Assembly: GCA_000708835.1 (NCBI GenBank)
Contig: DF237144.1
Span: forward strand, 1-64,000
Direction of reading: 5' to 3'
DNA from: Klebsormidium nitens
Lineage: Eukaryota; Plantae; Klebsormidiophyceae
DNA length: 64,000 bases
In this document: one piece after another, positions 1-13,559 of the stretch
Layout: every line of letters starts with the position of its first letter
Numbering within the stretch: the stretch's first letter is position 1
The notes under the pieces: model-generated
The model's input: the letters and a program-made list of their open reading frames with translations, nothing else
The model's database searches: none
Told to the model about the DNA's origin: nothing
Made by a program: the position numbers and the translations under genes

Positions 1-129
1 CGAACATTGAAGCAAACAGATCACTCTGACATATGTCAGACCATTAACCAATGCCTGCACAGATTGACGCCCTGTGAGAGTATTTACTCTGACAGATCGA
101 CCGGAGACACTAATATAATAGTGTATAGA
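1..129 (-). mobile_element. Possible Helitron 5' terminus (element would extend left out of the window)
   Basis: The minus strand reads A|TCTATACACTATTATATTAGTG from 130/129. This matches the A|TC start followed by an AT-rich TATA-like tract typical of Helitron 5' ends. No 3' end or RepHel coding sequence is visible. Confidence 0.3.
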
Positions 130-168
130 TTGTTCCTTTTGCGGCAGTGGGCACTCATAGGTTGCTCG

Positions 169-480
169 CACTAGGCTAAAATTGTCATGACGGCGGCGAC
201 GGCGTCGATTATTTCCCGTAAAAACTTCGGATGGTCCGTCGACGGAGCATCGACGGCGTCGACGGAAAGATTGGTAGGTCCCAACTCCCCGTCGACGGAG
301 CAGTCTCCGTCGACGGACTCCGTCGCTTGCGAAAGCCCGCGGTACCGAGCAAAATTTTGAGAGACCACCGTGGACCGACGGTCCGACGACGGAAATATGT
401 CTGACACTGCAAACAACCCAGTGTTTCCGTTGAATCTTAGGAAGTCCGTCGACGGAGTGCTACGTCGACGGCGTCAAAAA
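169..480. repeat. Cluster of palindromic (C)CGTCGACGG motifs, possibly CACTA-like subterminal repeats
   Basis: About six copies of the CGTCGACG(G) palindrome at roughly 236, 257, 289, 307, 446 and 462. CACTAGGCT (169) and AACCCAGTG (ending 423) form an imperfect CACT-type inverted pair, but there is no matching 3-bp TSD. Confidence 0.45.
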
Positions 481-2529
481 TACCGGTAAATCCAGGTGCG
501 AACAACCTATCAGTGGGCAGGTTTTTGAGTTGACGCACGTCGCAAACATGATTGCTGCATTCACAACATTGAACTTCGAAGGCGTCTTCCGCAAAGGTAG
601 AAAGGTAGACCCAACACCTATCCACCTATCTTGGTAGATTGGTAGGCTTTAAGGTATCAGTTCTACCGGTAGGTATCCTAGGGTTTGGGGTTTAGAGTGC
701 CAGTACCGTGCACTCAAGTGGGACTCAAGTTCATTTGTTGCCAGATTCGGTGATTCTTGAATTTTGTTCTTTCCTCGAGAAGGGCTCGAGAAGTATTTCT
801 GGGCCTGACTTTCCTACCTAGAAACATATTCATGATTACCTAGTACCTACATACCATATGATGTTTTCTTCTTCATGGACGGTATTCGGGTCTCGGATCG
901 CTTAATAACGTCAGGGGCCAGTGCTAGGGCCCAACTTGAAATGATTGAACTAGATCAAATTGCTCTTAGCGTCGGTTCGGAGCCGTGTTCGGCTATGTCC
1001 GATCGACGGATATCCCTCATGCTATTGTGCTAACTTCTTCTATTACCCAATGATGCTACTTCTCTTTGCTGTACAAAGGTGAAAGAACTTTCCCACGGCT
1101 TCAAAATTGCATAGAAAAGCCTTGAGCCTTTTGGTGCCACTCAGTCTGCTCACTTATATGGGTTGAAAGACCCTTCTCCTATCCTCGTAAGCTACGCAAT
1201 GGAAAACAAAATGGTTTTCGTCTTCTATTGCCGCCACTGTACCCGCGTTTCGCACGATTGCACGTACCGTCGACAAAATCGTCTTGCTCTGTCTATGCCA
1301 TGCTTGCCATCTTCCTGTTCGACAATGAGAGCCAGCTTATGACATCCTACTGCGAACTTAGCCAATGTATCAATGTATCATGCAGAAAAGGAAAACGGCT
1401 TATAAGCTGTCTCAGAGTCGGATACCGTACATGGCTCAAATGAATACCCTTCCTCCACATTCCGTGAAGTACGTAAGTTACGTACGGTACTAATAGTCCC
1501 GTTTTCTTCTATGAGGTCTTGCATATAAGCCATTTCCGACAAGTCATGAAGTCACGCAGCTCTTTTTGTGTCCGACGACATTTGATCTCAGCCGTTCAAT
1601 CGATTGTGCCTGTACCGTTAACGGTACCGGGCCCCGCGGCACGGTCAGATCTCACCAGAGTGTTGCTCGATGGCCAACCTCAGTGTGTGGCCCTTAAGGT
1701 TTATACTAAAGTAAGATATGAACTTTTAGCTAGCGCAAGTGACCAATATGACGTTCAGCTAGCAGGCCTGTGACAGTATCTGAGTATCTCAGCTTTGAAC
1801 TGGCAACGTGAAGCAATTGCTCGGGAAACTTTTTTTGCTCAAGGAAACCCCAAGGAAACAACTGAATTAAGACTTCGATATCCGCATAACTCCATATGAA
1901 GAGCCTCGGAGCGGGCCCGACCGGACGGAGGGCTAGGTCGCATATGATCGTGCCAATAGATCCTCCTCTCCGAGTCCATCTTTTTATTTCGCTACTAAGC
2001 CGGGCCGCTGAGCAAAACCGTCCGAATCCTTGATCAACTTGTACCTCGGTTGTAAGAAGCTCCTTCAAGTTTGGAAGGACGGGACAAATCAGTGATCAAT
2101 CACATAATGAAGCCTCTTTGCCCATAAAGATACGCGCAGGGCTCTAGATACATGCCTGCTAGAACATCAGCGAACGGACGGTTGTGATTTCGGGCGTTTC
2201 CATGAGGAGCATGCATCCCGACCTCAGTGACGGTGAGGAACATCGGCACAGTTTTAGTAGTGGAAGAATAGATTTCAGTGCGGTATGCTTTGACCAACTT
2301 AATATAGCATATGCTTCTAACGAATATATCCAACGATCGGCCTTGATAATCCTACTGTGATGTGACATCGCCATTAAGCGTTTCCCAAATGTACCTGGTA
2401 GCAACGTCCGGCCAATACTAGGATTGAACTTGACATACTTGGGTGCAAATGTCACCATGATGTACATATAACTTTGAAACGTGGGAAGTCTTCAAGCCGG
2501 CGTTCATCTTGCGTCTGGGTGTGCTCCCA

Positions 2530-5500
2530 TTATCGCCCATCCGCTTTTTGCGCTGCATGCGCACCATCTAGCAAGGCCTCCAGGTCAGTTGTGGATCCAC
2601 CTCTGCTTGTGCTAAGCCTATCGACTGGCTCCTTGGGCTTCGGAGAATCCAACTTGTCGAACACAGCTTTCTTCTTGGCTTCTTGGATACTAACATACGA
2701 GTAATAGACCATCCCTCCCAGGGCAATGCAAATTCCCAAAATATTCCTAAATGTGACCGGTGTCTTGAAAGCTATGAAGCCCAAAGCCAAAACCAGACAC
2801 GTCTTCAAGTGACCAAGTACCTGCACGTAGGACGGGTCACCAAGCTTTACGCAATCCAACAATCTTGGACAACAAAAGCTGCCAGGTGTATAATCCTGTT
2901 TTCTATGGACTCACATTTAAGGTGGGGGATGCAGAAAAAGAACGGACCTCTATGCCACGATTCGTAAAGCAAGCAGACTGATCCTTTCCAAGATGTTATG
3001 CTTGGGCGCGTACTGTTGCAAGTGACATTTCTCCGCAACCTATACCAAGATCGGGGGGCATAGACTGGAGCAAAAAACGAATATTGCGTGTGCGACTGTC
3101 CGACCCTCAACCACTGGAGGAAAGCCTTTCTGGTCGACAAATCAATTTGGGGGCGACCCTCAACCGAAGTGATCAATCCTCTTGGGAGTAGAAAAGCTTC
3201 GTCGGTATTGGACGACAACCAACGGTTCTCATGATCGGTATTCAGCGGAACACCAGTCGAGAAAAGGCGGATCGATTCTGCATGGCAACCGAACGGATCT
3301 CATGCTGTTCAGGGAAACACCGATCGAAAAGAAGGTGGAGGCAAAGAAGGTGGGAGCCCAGTTGTGGACCTTGTATATTTCAACTCCAAGAAGGGCGCGC
3401 GAACAAAGGGCAACACGCTGTCTTAGCCAAAACCTAGAATCACAAGATTCACGCGCGCTGCGACTGCACTAACCCCTTGGCCAATCACAACCGTCCCACT
3501 TACCATTCACAAATCATGTCCATCCTAAGACCCTTATCCTAAACCCTAGCCCAACATGTCACCCCCCAAAACTTAACCCTAAGTTTTAATCCTTACCTGG
3601 TAAGTCACAGGGGACGTCTTTCCCAGCACCAAGAATGTACTCAGGTTGACTAGGATGGCGATGGTACAGGACAATAAGATGACCGCCTGCCAAGATATAC
3701 GCAATCGTTGAGACACGGGTGGCGGTGTCTTTTGCTTTTTTCCATTTTAAGAACCCCCTTGATTTGGGTTTCCATTTTAAAAATCCTTTTGTTCTTGTTA
3801 ACTAGGCGCACAGTATAGTAGGTCTCTGAAAAGCATAGAGCGTCAGATACCACAGGGCAAGGCTCAGCATACACGTTGCCGTCAAACAATCGTTATATCT
3901 CACATATATGGCAGTATTTTAAATCATCTCTTCTTTACTATCTTCCCAAGTGATGCCTTAGTCGGTGTGCTGCTCAGCTTCGATTTGAAATTAGCAAGTG
4001 TATTCACCAACTCTGACTTGGGATTGATTACTGACTCTCTGGCTAGCGACTCATCAAGGTCCAGAGGGAGTAAGGGCTCGCTAGCACGGATAGAGGCAGA
4101 CGCCTCGCTCTAGGGAGGTCACCGCAGGGTTAAAGACCCCTTGGGCAGGCAGTCCGAATGGATAAGGAGGCTTCCATCGCTTATCAGATTCAGGAGGTAA
4201 AGCTTGTACTTGAATCAGAGATCGGGGGTGTCTACGTAGTTGGATCGAGACTGGAGGCTGGACACTCTAGCAAGTTTTGGTCATCGTCGACCTTACAGTC
4301 TTGGTCCGGATTCGTTTAAGATACAAAACTTCCTCCGAAAAAGCGAGCCTAGACACCTAGAACTGCGTTCTGAACCCTCGCGCCCGGAAACCAGATTCGC
4401 AGGTCAGATTTGCGGTTCATGAAACCTGCATCTAGTTGCAGCGATTCGCAAAACCAGCAAGTTGAGCCCTGAAGACCCCTTGTCAGAGATCTTTTATTGT
4501 GTCAAGTGTCCGTGAAGAATAAGAAAAAATGAAAATGAAAACAAAAATGGAATAAAAAATATTGTATGAGCAGAAGGAAAGTTCCACGATCGGAGCCGAC
4601 CCGGCGACCCAACCCGTTTTCACGGACGTATCTAGACTGCCAAAGACTTATACTTCAACGACAATTGTAGAATCAAAGGAGAAGCCGCTCTATCCCATCA
4701 AGTATTGGTCACTGGTCTCGCAATATGGAAAAGTTCCACGGTACGGGATCGCAGCCGATCCGCAGACTACAATAAGGAAAGCATCTCACGTGAGTGCAGA
4801 TCCATTAGCCCCAGCTCTTGGGACTTGTCTAGATTGCCACAGAAACCTTACCTCAACGGTAGAGGGTGTGATGGGAGTAGAAGATCGACCTTTCCCATCA
4901 TTGGGTCCAGTTCTGAAAATTGTATGGAGACTTCTACAGTCCGAAGTTTGCCGCCAACTTGCCAGATATCTTACCTCGACGGTGGTAGTGTAATCGAAGT
5001 AGAAGACGCTCTGTCCCGTCAAGTATTGGTCCAACATCGGCCCTGTCAATTGCAGCGCCCCCGCCATGATCGGGCTCGATTGGTACAACAACTGGGGGTC
5101 GGTCGGAAAAAAATGGGTGAGAAAGTGGTTAGGCAAACCCTGACCAGACTTCGTTAGTAAGCAGGAAAACGACGTTGTGCGCTTACAAAAGCCATGATCG
5201 GAATCGACGGGTACAAAGACTGGGGGTCAAGAAAGTGGTTGGACAAACCTTGACCACACTGAGTTTGCAACCTAGAGGAAAAATGGTGTGGGCTTCGAAG
5301 CCAGTTGCACCCATTGATGGTGATCCGCATGATGGAAGGGCGAACTAATATGGGGTAGGACATGGCCAGAACCTTGAGCAGACTCGATCTGTGAGTAGGA
5401 GAATCGATGTGAAATAAGGGCGAAGAAACTGGGCCTATATTCCCAGGTGATTGGGGCAAGCACAGTGAAGGGAGCGGCTACTAGGGATCCATAGGAGACC

Positions 5501-8500
5501 GGTAATCTGACTTGGCTTGTAACCTACGGCAAGGACCTGGACATGACCCCAAGGCAGGCGGCAGCTGACCGTTAACCTTCGGTGATTGAGGCGTGCGTGT
5601 CAGAGGGGGCGAAATATACGGTTCAGAGAAGTGGGTTAGTAAACGCTGGTCGGATTGGGTTTCTACCAAAAGTAGGGAAAAGACGATGTGGGCTCAGAAA
5701 AGGGACACCTGACCAATAACTGCGGTGATCGTGGCAAACACGTTTGTCACGAGAGCAGAATATGGCCGCCAGGGTACCACGTGGTTAGACGCCCTCTATA
5801 ACGTGGCAAAGAAAGACAACGGCTGGTGCTCTTGAAAGCGCCATCCACGCAAATTAGCACTCCAAAGCCGTGCGCTGCTGCTTACATGCTCAGACGGTTG
5901 TCAATTTCGTCCACACGGAATGCACTTTAACAGCGCAAAGCCCGCGTCGATTTGTTAAGCTTACCCGAATGATCGACTTTGAGTAGACTATCCGGAACGC
6001 TGCTTCGCTCTGAGTACTTTGATCGCACGCGTCTTCAATTATATTCCAGATGATAAGCACAGAACTAGATAAGCACAGACCTATAACCCGTGTTGGCAAA
6101 GCTGGGTTACGGCACTTTGTCCTGGCGCTGCAGCGTGTTGATCACGATCTGGCCGAAACGGACGGTATCGAACCGGCCAGAACCGTGAAACCCCTAACCC
6201 CAAATCAGTAACCTCGATTGAAGAAACGTTGTGCTGGCGTTGCAAGGTGTTGGTCAAATTCTGCCCAAACCGAATACCATTTTGAACTTGTAACTAGAAA
6301 CGGCATTTTCCCAACACCCAAAAACATCTAATCTAACCAACCCGGGTTGACGAGACTTTGTGCTGACGCTGCAGAGTGTTGGTCAAGATGTTACCAAAAT
6401 GGAGGGAATCCCAGAACCGGCCAGAACCTTAGAACCAGACCTCGAATCCGAAAACACTAACCTGGGTCGACGACACTTTGTGCTGGCGCTGCAAGGTGTT
6501 GGTCAAGATCTGGCCGAAGCACGTGGTGATGATTGCCAAGATCGACAGGACGCTCCCCAGAAAGTTGAGCTCCAAGTCAGTCACGGTCGCGATCCCAACA
6601 CCGAGGAGCAACAACGCAAGCGACAGCTGTACTTGACGGCTGCAGAAAGGAACATAACCGGGTTATCACAGAGTATTTAAAGGAATGATAAGGCTGGCAA
6701 TCCAACAGGAGGCTCTTGAAAGGACACTCCCCCGAAAATAGGAGCTTCACATCAGGCACCGTCGCGATGCTGACGCCGAGACGTAGCACGGCAAGCGACA
6801 GCTGTAATTGGCGACTGCAGGAAAGGAGCGAAAGAGTCGGTGAGTCCAAAGTGCTGGAGTATCTGAACCTGAGTCCCAAATTGAAAACACCCTGAGAGGA
6901 CGCTTCATCGACTCTTGAGCTCCACGTCAGTCACGGTTGCGATGTGACGTCGACGAGCAGCACCACGAGCAACAGCTGTCCCTGACAGCTGCAGAAACAG
7001 ACGAACGGCAGTTAGCACAGACTACCTTGACACTCAAAAAGCATAATAAGGAGTCCCTGAAAGGACGCTCTCCAAACAAGTTGAGGTCATTCCGGTCACA
7101 GTTGCGATGGGGACGCCGAGAAGTAGCACAGCAGGCGACAGCTGTACTTGACGGCTGCAGATAACAAGGAAAGAGTCAGTGAGTCCACACTGATAAATCT
7201 GGAGAGCCTCACGCTCGGATGCTATCATACTTGAAAGGACGATCCTCAAAAAGTTTGAGCTCCACAGGTGCGATCCCGACACTAAGGAGCAGCACCGCAA
7301 GTGGCAACTGTACTTGGCGACTTAAGGTAAGGAAAAAGAGAGGGTTAAGTTTACGAGCCTGTGAAAGGTCAAAAGCCTGGCACTTTGATTTGGTGCACTT
7401 GCAAGTCGTTCTCTAGTAAGGTTAGCCCCATCATGGTCGCAACACTGACACGGATGAGTAGCACGGTAAGAAACTGCTCTACTTGACCGGGACAGACTCT
7501 TATTACCACTGAAAGCGAATTATCCCTGGAAATAGACGACGAGCAGCTCGAAAGTGAAGCTGTCCGGAAACCGGACATGCACCAACCGAATGTCAAACGA
7601 AGGCACCCTCGAATCCCCAATCTCTAAGCTTTCCAACCCGGAAGACCGTGATTCCAGGTCCCAAATTCTATCTCGACACAAAGAACCGTGAAAACGCTCG
7701 CGCAAAAGCTTCACGAAGTGTACGTTTTCGGTTCCTGATGCGAAAAGCAGCGAAGGGATAAGCGCTACCCCCAGAAGGTGCAAATCAAGTAGTGTCTAGC
7801 CCGATACGCCAACAATACAAGAGCTCGAAAGTGAAGCCGCATTTAAGTTTGATGGCAGGCCGACCGCAGGCAACAGCCATCCTTGAAGATTGCGCGGTGA
7901 TTGGGAACGTTTCATGCAAAGTATGGGGGACCTTAAACGGAGCCCACCTGAAGTGCTTGCCGAAGAGGATCGTTTCGAAGAAGACCGTGAACGGGATGAT
8001 CGCGAGCTTCGTCATCTAACGTCAGCAAGAACCGTGGGTCAGCTTTGCATTCATTAGCAGCTCATTAACGCAGAGGATAAATAAGCAGCAGGAGCTCCGA
8101 AAGGGATGTCGAGAAAGAATGGTGAAAATAGGAGATCCCTGCCAGCACACAAGAGACATTCTTCACTGGACTAAGTAGCCGCAAGACCGGAGTGAATGCG
8201 GTGTGACTAGAAAAGGGCAACAGACTGGAGTGCCTTTGGGGAGAAAGAAAAGTAGAGAAGCAAGGAAACAAACGAGGAGGCTGTGATGGTACACCCATGA
8301 TCTTGGAACGACATGGAAAGAATTGGCTGTGTCCATAAGAATGAACATGGTAAGGACAAAAGGAGAACCTCTCAAATCAAGGAAGAAAGTTCTGAAGCGA
8401 GACTAGAGCATGCCTGAACTGAGAAAGAGAATTTTGAGAGAAGAACCTGATAAAGCCCAGAATTTGACCTCAAACTCGCTGCAGCAAGTATTAGTGGTAT

Positions 8501-11500
8501 CTTTGCTCGGGAAAGAACAGATCTTTATCAGGAGAGTGGGCTCCGACAACTCTCTAATCAAGAAGGAGGACCCTGAAGCGAGACAGAAGCATACCTAAGT
8601 CGAGGAAACCAGTTTTAGAGCCGGGACTGGAGCCCACAAAGTCGAAGCCCAGACTCAGGTTCAGCAGACCGCTTTTCTAGTCAAAACGGAGTGTCAGAAT
8701 GCACATGTGGACTCTGAAAGATTCTCGATTTGAAATTAGAGGATCTTGAAGCCAGGACTGGAGCGTACCTGATAAAAGCCGACGGAGTTGAAGCCGAGAC
8801 TCAGATTCAGCAGACCGATGGAAGCCCCGTTCAGAATTCCAAAGTAGACCAACGGCTTGAATTCCATGGCCTTGTGCTCGAAGAAGCTGAAGTGGCGGGC
8901 GCAGTGCAGGAAGATAAAGGTGACAAACAGATGCCTGTAAGAAATGGGTTAAAGAGTAAGGGTTTATGGAGGGTTATGATTCCGTGGACGCAAACAAAGG
9001 CTTGCAGAGTTTCCGTTCACAGGGCCAGAGTCTTGGGTTGAAAGCTCCGTCTGATTATGTACCAGCGGGCACACTCAGGGAAGAAAAAGAAGACGGGAAA
9101 ATGCCTGCGGAAGTGGGTTACGGAGGTAGGGTTATGGAGGGTTAAGCTGTCTTCAAGGCACGCAGAGGCATGCCGTAGATACCCTTTTTAATTGTCCTAG
9201 CATAGTCTCTGTTTGGTACAAGCTTGCATTTGAACTGGCAGGAAACAAACAGGTCAATGAAGGTCCCGAACAGATGTCTGTGGGGAGCGCAATCAGCATA
9301 GCAATTGTCTATCGAATGGGGTTCAGAGTGTCTTTTGTGTTAACTTTGCAGTTGACAGTCATAGCTCAGAGATTGTTCACTTTATGGACACGTTGCTTTG
9401 GGCTTTTTGAAGAAGTTCCGAGCTCCCAGAAATCTGAGAGAGACGGTGATGAGGTCTGCAGAGGGATGAACCAGTGTCTCGCTCCTAAGTTGCCGCAAGG
9501 TCTTTTATAACAAGATGGTTCTCTGAGTACGGGAGGGCATAATTTTGGGGGGGATTTTGATATTGGGTTTGTGCCATTAAAAGTAAGATCCTCCGTGTTG
9601 CTCCTGGTTGAACATGCATTAGCAGAAGGGCTTTCATTGCGACAAAGAGTGGCAGGCGGGATATCCGAACAAAGTGCTCTTGGATCAAAAGTCGGGGCGC
9701 TCAAACCTTCGTACACCAGGTGCGATCAGCAGCTAATCAGCTGCAAGCACGCCTGCTTATGGCGTTAAACGCAGGCCAACAACCTACTTCTAGAGACCTT
9801 CTCAAAATAGTCTACGCAAGCAAGTAAAGGCCAAAGAGTGTGTACAGGGAAGCGACTTACCAGGCAGTGAGGGTTGTGCCTGCAAAGAACGGTGCACAAG
9901 TCGTCAGTATCTAAGAATAACGGTGCACTTTTGCCAGTTTTGCAACTCAACAGTGCAGGATGTCACGCGATCGAAGAGGATGCAGGTAGATCGACGTGCA
10001 AAGGCCAAGACTCTTGCACATATGCAGGAAGAGATGTGAAACAAGCACTTGGACTGCTACCTGAAATCCGAACCTGCTCTCTGGGCAACTTGCATACCCA
10101 CTTTCTGGAGCGGGGGCAGTGATCTATTTAGTGGTCCATTTTTAGAACTAAGGTAAGAGGCGTGCCGGCCCTGATGGCATTCAACACCAGTCTGATTGTC
10201 GACTGCAAAGCTTGCTGGAAATCCAACAGTTTCATAAAGGAACATCCGCACATAGGGAGACCAACAGACAACCGATCATTGAGGGGAAATCAAATCCTAC
10301 CAGATCCTCAGTAGAAAGAGGCCCAGCGGTCAACACAGCTTTCATAGCCAATCCAATATCAAATCTCGGCACTTTTAACTGGTTCCCCCCTTGAAGGCTG
10401 GAGACTGAAACTCGTCACCTTCAACAAGGGTTTGATAAAGGCAGAGGAGGGGAATAAAAGGAGCCAAATTGGATTTGGAAAGGTCGTAAAGCCAGGTCCC
10501 AGCAAGGAGGGATAGCAGCCGTGAGAAAGAGAGGTACAACAGTCCAAGCGCAGGTGACACAATGTACTTGCGGCACTTGCGGAGACTAAAGAAAACGACA
10601 GTAGAAACATGTTTAAAAGTTTCTAGACGCCCTTTTCTGTCACTCTCAACCAGAACTTTTTGCCACTCAGCTGAAAGTTCAGATGAAAAGGGGGGGAAGC
10701 ATAATACTGCAGGGGAGGTGACTTGAACGGAGATTAGCTTCCACATAGAAAGTTGACAGCAGCACCTGAGAAAGTGAGATGAGACGATTTGCCCAACAGA
10801 GAGGATGCTAAGACAACTTGGCAATGAAATGAAAACCTTGCCATAGAGAAGAAGCTACTTTTTACCATGACTACTGTCCCTAGGCAGATCTCACTTAATA
10901 GTACAATGGGGAATCCAAGATCAGAACTCAAGGGGGAGCCATTGGATGTATCGAGAAAGCAACAACCAGCATAAAAGATGCAGCTATGAAAGTCGAGGGA
11001 CCTGCGTGGACGTTTCGTGGAGTTGACGGGCTCAAATCCGCAATGCTTAGAGCCGCGTAAGTTGAGTACATGGTCCTTGATGACAAAACATTGACAAGTG
11101 TTGGAGGGTTTCATTGGAAGCCAACTGTTGAGAGCATGCTGCTTCCATTAGATGGTCACTCTAAAGCAATGCGTAACCTCCTGGTTCCCCAATGCCATTC
11201 ATCGCCGCAAATCCTGGTCGGTTGGCAACCAAAGATGCTAAAGCAAGAGGACTCTTGTATAAATGTTAAGCCCCCTTCTTCCTGGAGTGACGCATTGGAG
11301 GGTAGCTTACAACGGGGACTGCAAAAAGGAAGTTAAAACCAGCGGCATTCTAAGGCTCTGAAGGAACTACAGGGTATGTCAGTTGTCACTGCAGCATTGG
11401 GTTGCAGGTCACCGGTAGACAGTGCCGGCAGCAACACGCAATCACAGCACTTAAGTACAGCAATCAATGTACTTACACAAATTTGATAGGATTCAAAGTG

Positions 11501-12320
11501 TGCTTGATGACTGGTTGACCTAGCTGGCGTCCGCGGCATCCTTAAGTGTGCATAATGCGAAAAAAAAAAGGGGCGGTGAGATAAAAGCGAAATGCTGCCT
11601 CAAAGCACACGAGAACTTACGGAGGCAGAAATGCCCCTGAATGCTTCAATTCAGTCACATTCAGGAGATAACCTGGATTCCGTTGCCGTTTCTGGGGGCT
11701 CTGATCCTTCAGAAGAAGTGCAGTTTTACCAGAAGACTGAGCCTGGATAGGCACATTTTGAGCTATCAAGCTGAGTTTAGGTCCCAATCTGCACCCCTTG
11801 AAGGGATTGTAAAGAACCTCTTAAAATGTAGGGTTGAAATACAACGCAGACTCTGAGCCAAGGGATCCCTAATATGGGCCCGCAGAGGAAACAAGAGTCA
11901 AACATCCAAAAAGCACACTTACGAGTAAATATATCCTGGCGTAAGGAAGGTGATATAAGGATCACCAATGGGAAGGAGTCAGCAAGATCTTTTGACCAGT
12001 AACACCTTTGGATCACTTCAACATAAGAATCCAAACAAGTTATCCAAACGCAAGATGGATGTGCGCAAGAACTGGCATTGGAGAGAGAGGCGACCAATGG
12101 TCAACCACATAAGTCGTGAACACCTTCTCCCACTCTAAACAGGCGGGGATTAGTTCGCACTAAAAGCTGTCCATTCCCTGTTGGTCGAGGATGTGTCATA
12201 CTCACCAAAGTTAAACTTCAGGCCAGACATGAGCTGCTTGTTACACAGGACGATGGACACCGATGACACGACCGATGATGTCAGTGCCCCGATGGTCGCC
12301 AGCTGGTCGGGGGAAAACAT
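2530..12320 (-). CDS. UXT: UDP-xylose transporter / nucleotide-sugar transporter (UXT, TPT-like family), 347 aa, 8 coding exons
   Basis: Minus-strand exons: 12320-12206, 9879-9861, 8934-8769, 8015-7948, 6639-6462, 5091-4975, 3686-3597, 2820-2530. All introns are GT-AG, phases are consistent, and the total is 1044 nt. The translation MFSPDQLATIGALTSSVVSSVSIVLCNKQL..GTTLTAWHL..NLSLGFNSVGFYQMTKLAIIPF..GVGIATVTDL..VSSTQLLYQS..LGKTSPVTYQVLGHLKTCLVL matches the hallmark plant UXT motifs. Confidence 0.93.
4560..5700 (-). repeat. Boundary echoes of UXT exon 6 (exon-end+donor copies at about 4640-4710 and 4840-4910; acceptor+exon-start copies at about 5190-5290 and weaker beyond)
   Basis: 4848 ttacctcaacggtagagggtgtgatgggagtagaagat aligns with the true 4971 ttacctcgacggtggtagtgtaatcgaagtagaagac. 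5191 gccatgatcggaatcgacgggtacaaagactgggggtc aligns with 5063 gccatgatcgggctcgattggtacaacaactgggggtc. Confidence 0.85.
5820..7570 (-). repeat. Boundary echoes on both sides of UXT exon 5
   Basis: Exon-end copies (..ctttgtgctggcgctgcaaggtgttggtcaagat..) at about 6110, 6230 and 6355. Acceptor+exon-start copies (ctgcag|CCGTCAAGTACAGCTGTCGC..) have acceptor positions at 6815, 6989, 7155, 7321 and about 7490, versus the true site at 6640. Confidence 0.9.
7600..9295 (-). repeat. Boundary echoes of UXT exons 4 and 3
   Basis: gaagaccgtga-like exon 4 pieces at about 7640 and 7680. Exon 3 end copies (gactggagc..gaagcccagactcaggttcagcagacc) at about 8620-8670 and 8445. Exon 3 start copies (cag|GCAT..) at about 9060-9110 and 9260-9290. 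Confidence 0.75.
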
Positions 12321-13559
12321 GGTTGCGGAAACTGCTGGCGAACGTCAATGCCTGGTTACTGCTATCTCCTTAACTGCTGATTGCACAAGAAACTTGCTTG
12401 TTACATCAGAACTTCTGAGGAGCACCGAACGCCCGTCCTGCAATGGCTCTTGTCCGAAATGCTTGGTTTAGCTGCTCATATCACAAGGGTATTCTAGTGA
12501 CATTAGGACATTGGGAAGCAGCAAACGTATGTCCTGCAACGTACTCCTGTCCCCACAAAATGAAGAGCCGCCGCCTCTGCGAATGTGGGCCAGCTACCAA
12601 CCGGTGGGTAGATCTATGCTTGATCTATGCTTCGGAGCACTAGGTTGCCTAATGCTCTCCCACACAACACCGGAATGGCGGCAATGCGACTGGTGTGAAT
12701 CTTCAATCTGTCGCCTCCGTACACCGACAGAAAGCGAGATCCAACTCTAGAGTCCAAGACCATGGACTCCTCACCCTTGCTGACCCCTAAAATTACAGAC
12801 AGCTGAAAAAGTGGAACTCGGAAGCCATCATCTTTCCTGCCAGAGATTTTAGGGGTCATCTCTCTCCGTGGAATGCGAATACGCTCAATAGCGTCTACTC
12901 GGGGGGTGTTAGATATAGGAAACACTTGCGGAGCGGCTTTTCACATGATTTTGAGCGATAAGCCCTAATTGATGCTGAGGTCATTTCCGCCCAGGATCTT
13001 GGGCGGAACGTGCGTCGGTCGACATGCACGCCCATCGGATACCGGCATGCCGATTTGGCAGCACGTTACGGTACCCAGCAGGTATACCGGACCCCGGTTG
13101 CCAGTACCGGTACTCCCTTTTACCGGTACCAGCATATCAAATTACCTGTACCAAATGAGACCGAGATTGAGAACCCGAGGGGGTTTGCATCCTCCCCCGG
13201 GGCGGGGGATCGGAAGTCGGAGCCTGAAGTGAGTCACCCGACAGGCTGGCTTCCGGTCGGTCCGGTGGCTCTGTTTCCGTTAAATGCATTCCGTTAAAGT
13301 GACAGCGGAAGGCCCTGATGCAGGATTCGAGCTTGGAACTTGTTGTCGTCATCATTGACAATGACATTGTTGAAGCAGGTTCAACTATGCTGTCCCGGCT
13401 CTTCACGGGAAAATAAAAACCACCAAGAGGGTTCCTTGACACCAAGACGGACCAAGTCGGAACAGAGATTGTATAAGAGGTCTCTGACGTCACTAACCAT
13501 AGGGTCCGGAAAATTATAAAAGACGTCACTTTAGAATTGACTAGAATACTCGATACTTT

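Noticed and set aside
1730-2467. Minus-strand ORFs downstream of UXT (77-112 aa)
   Set aside because: No recognisable motif and no consistent splice model.
6360-6680. Plus-strand ORFs overlapping real exons (e.g. 6360-6680, 8730-9041, 12181-12471, 52322-52645, 62257-62598)
   Set aside because: They are antisense shadows of GC3-rich coding exons on the opposite strand.
11311-11318. 8-nt candidate microexon (ttgcag|TCCCCGTT|gtaagc, minus strand) in UXT intron 1
   Set aside because: Good-looking splice sites, but it breaks the phase and does not supply the conserved TTLTxW. The 19-nt exon at 9879-9861 does.
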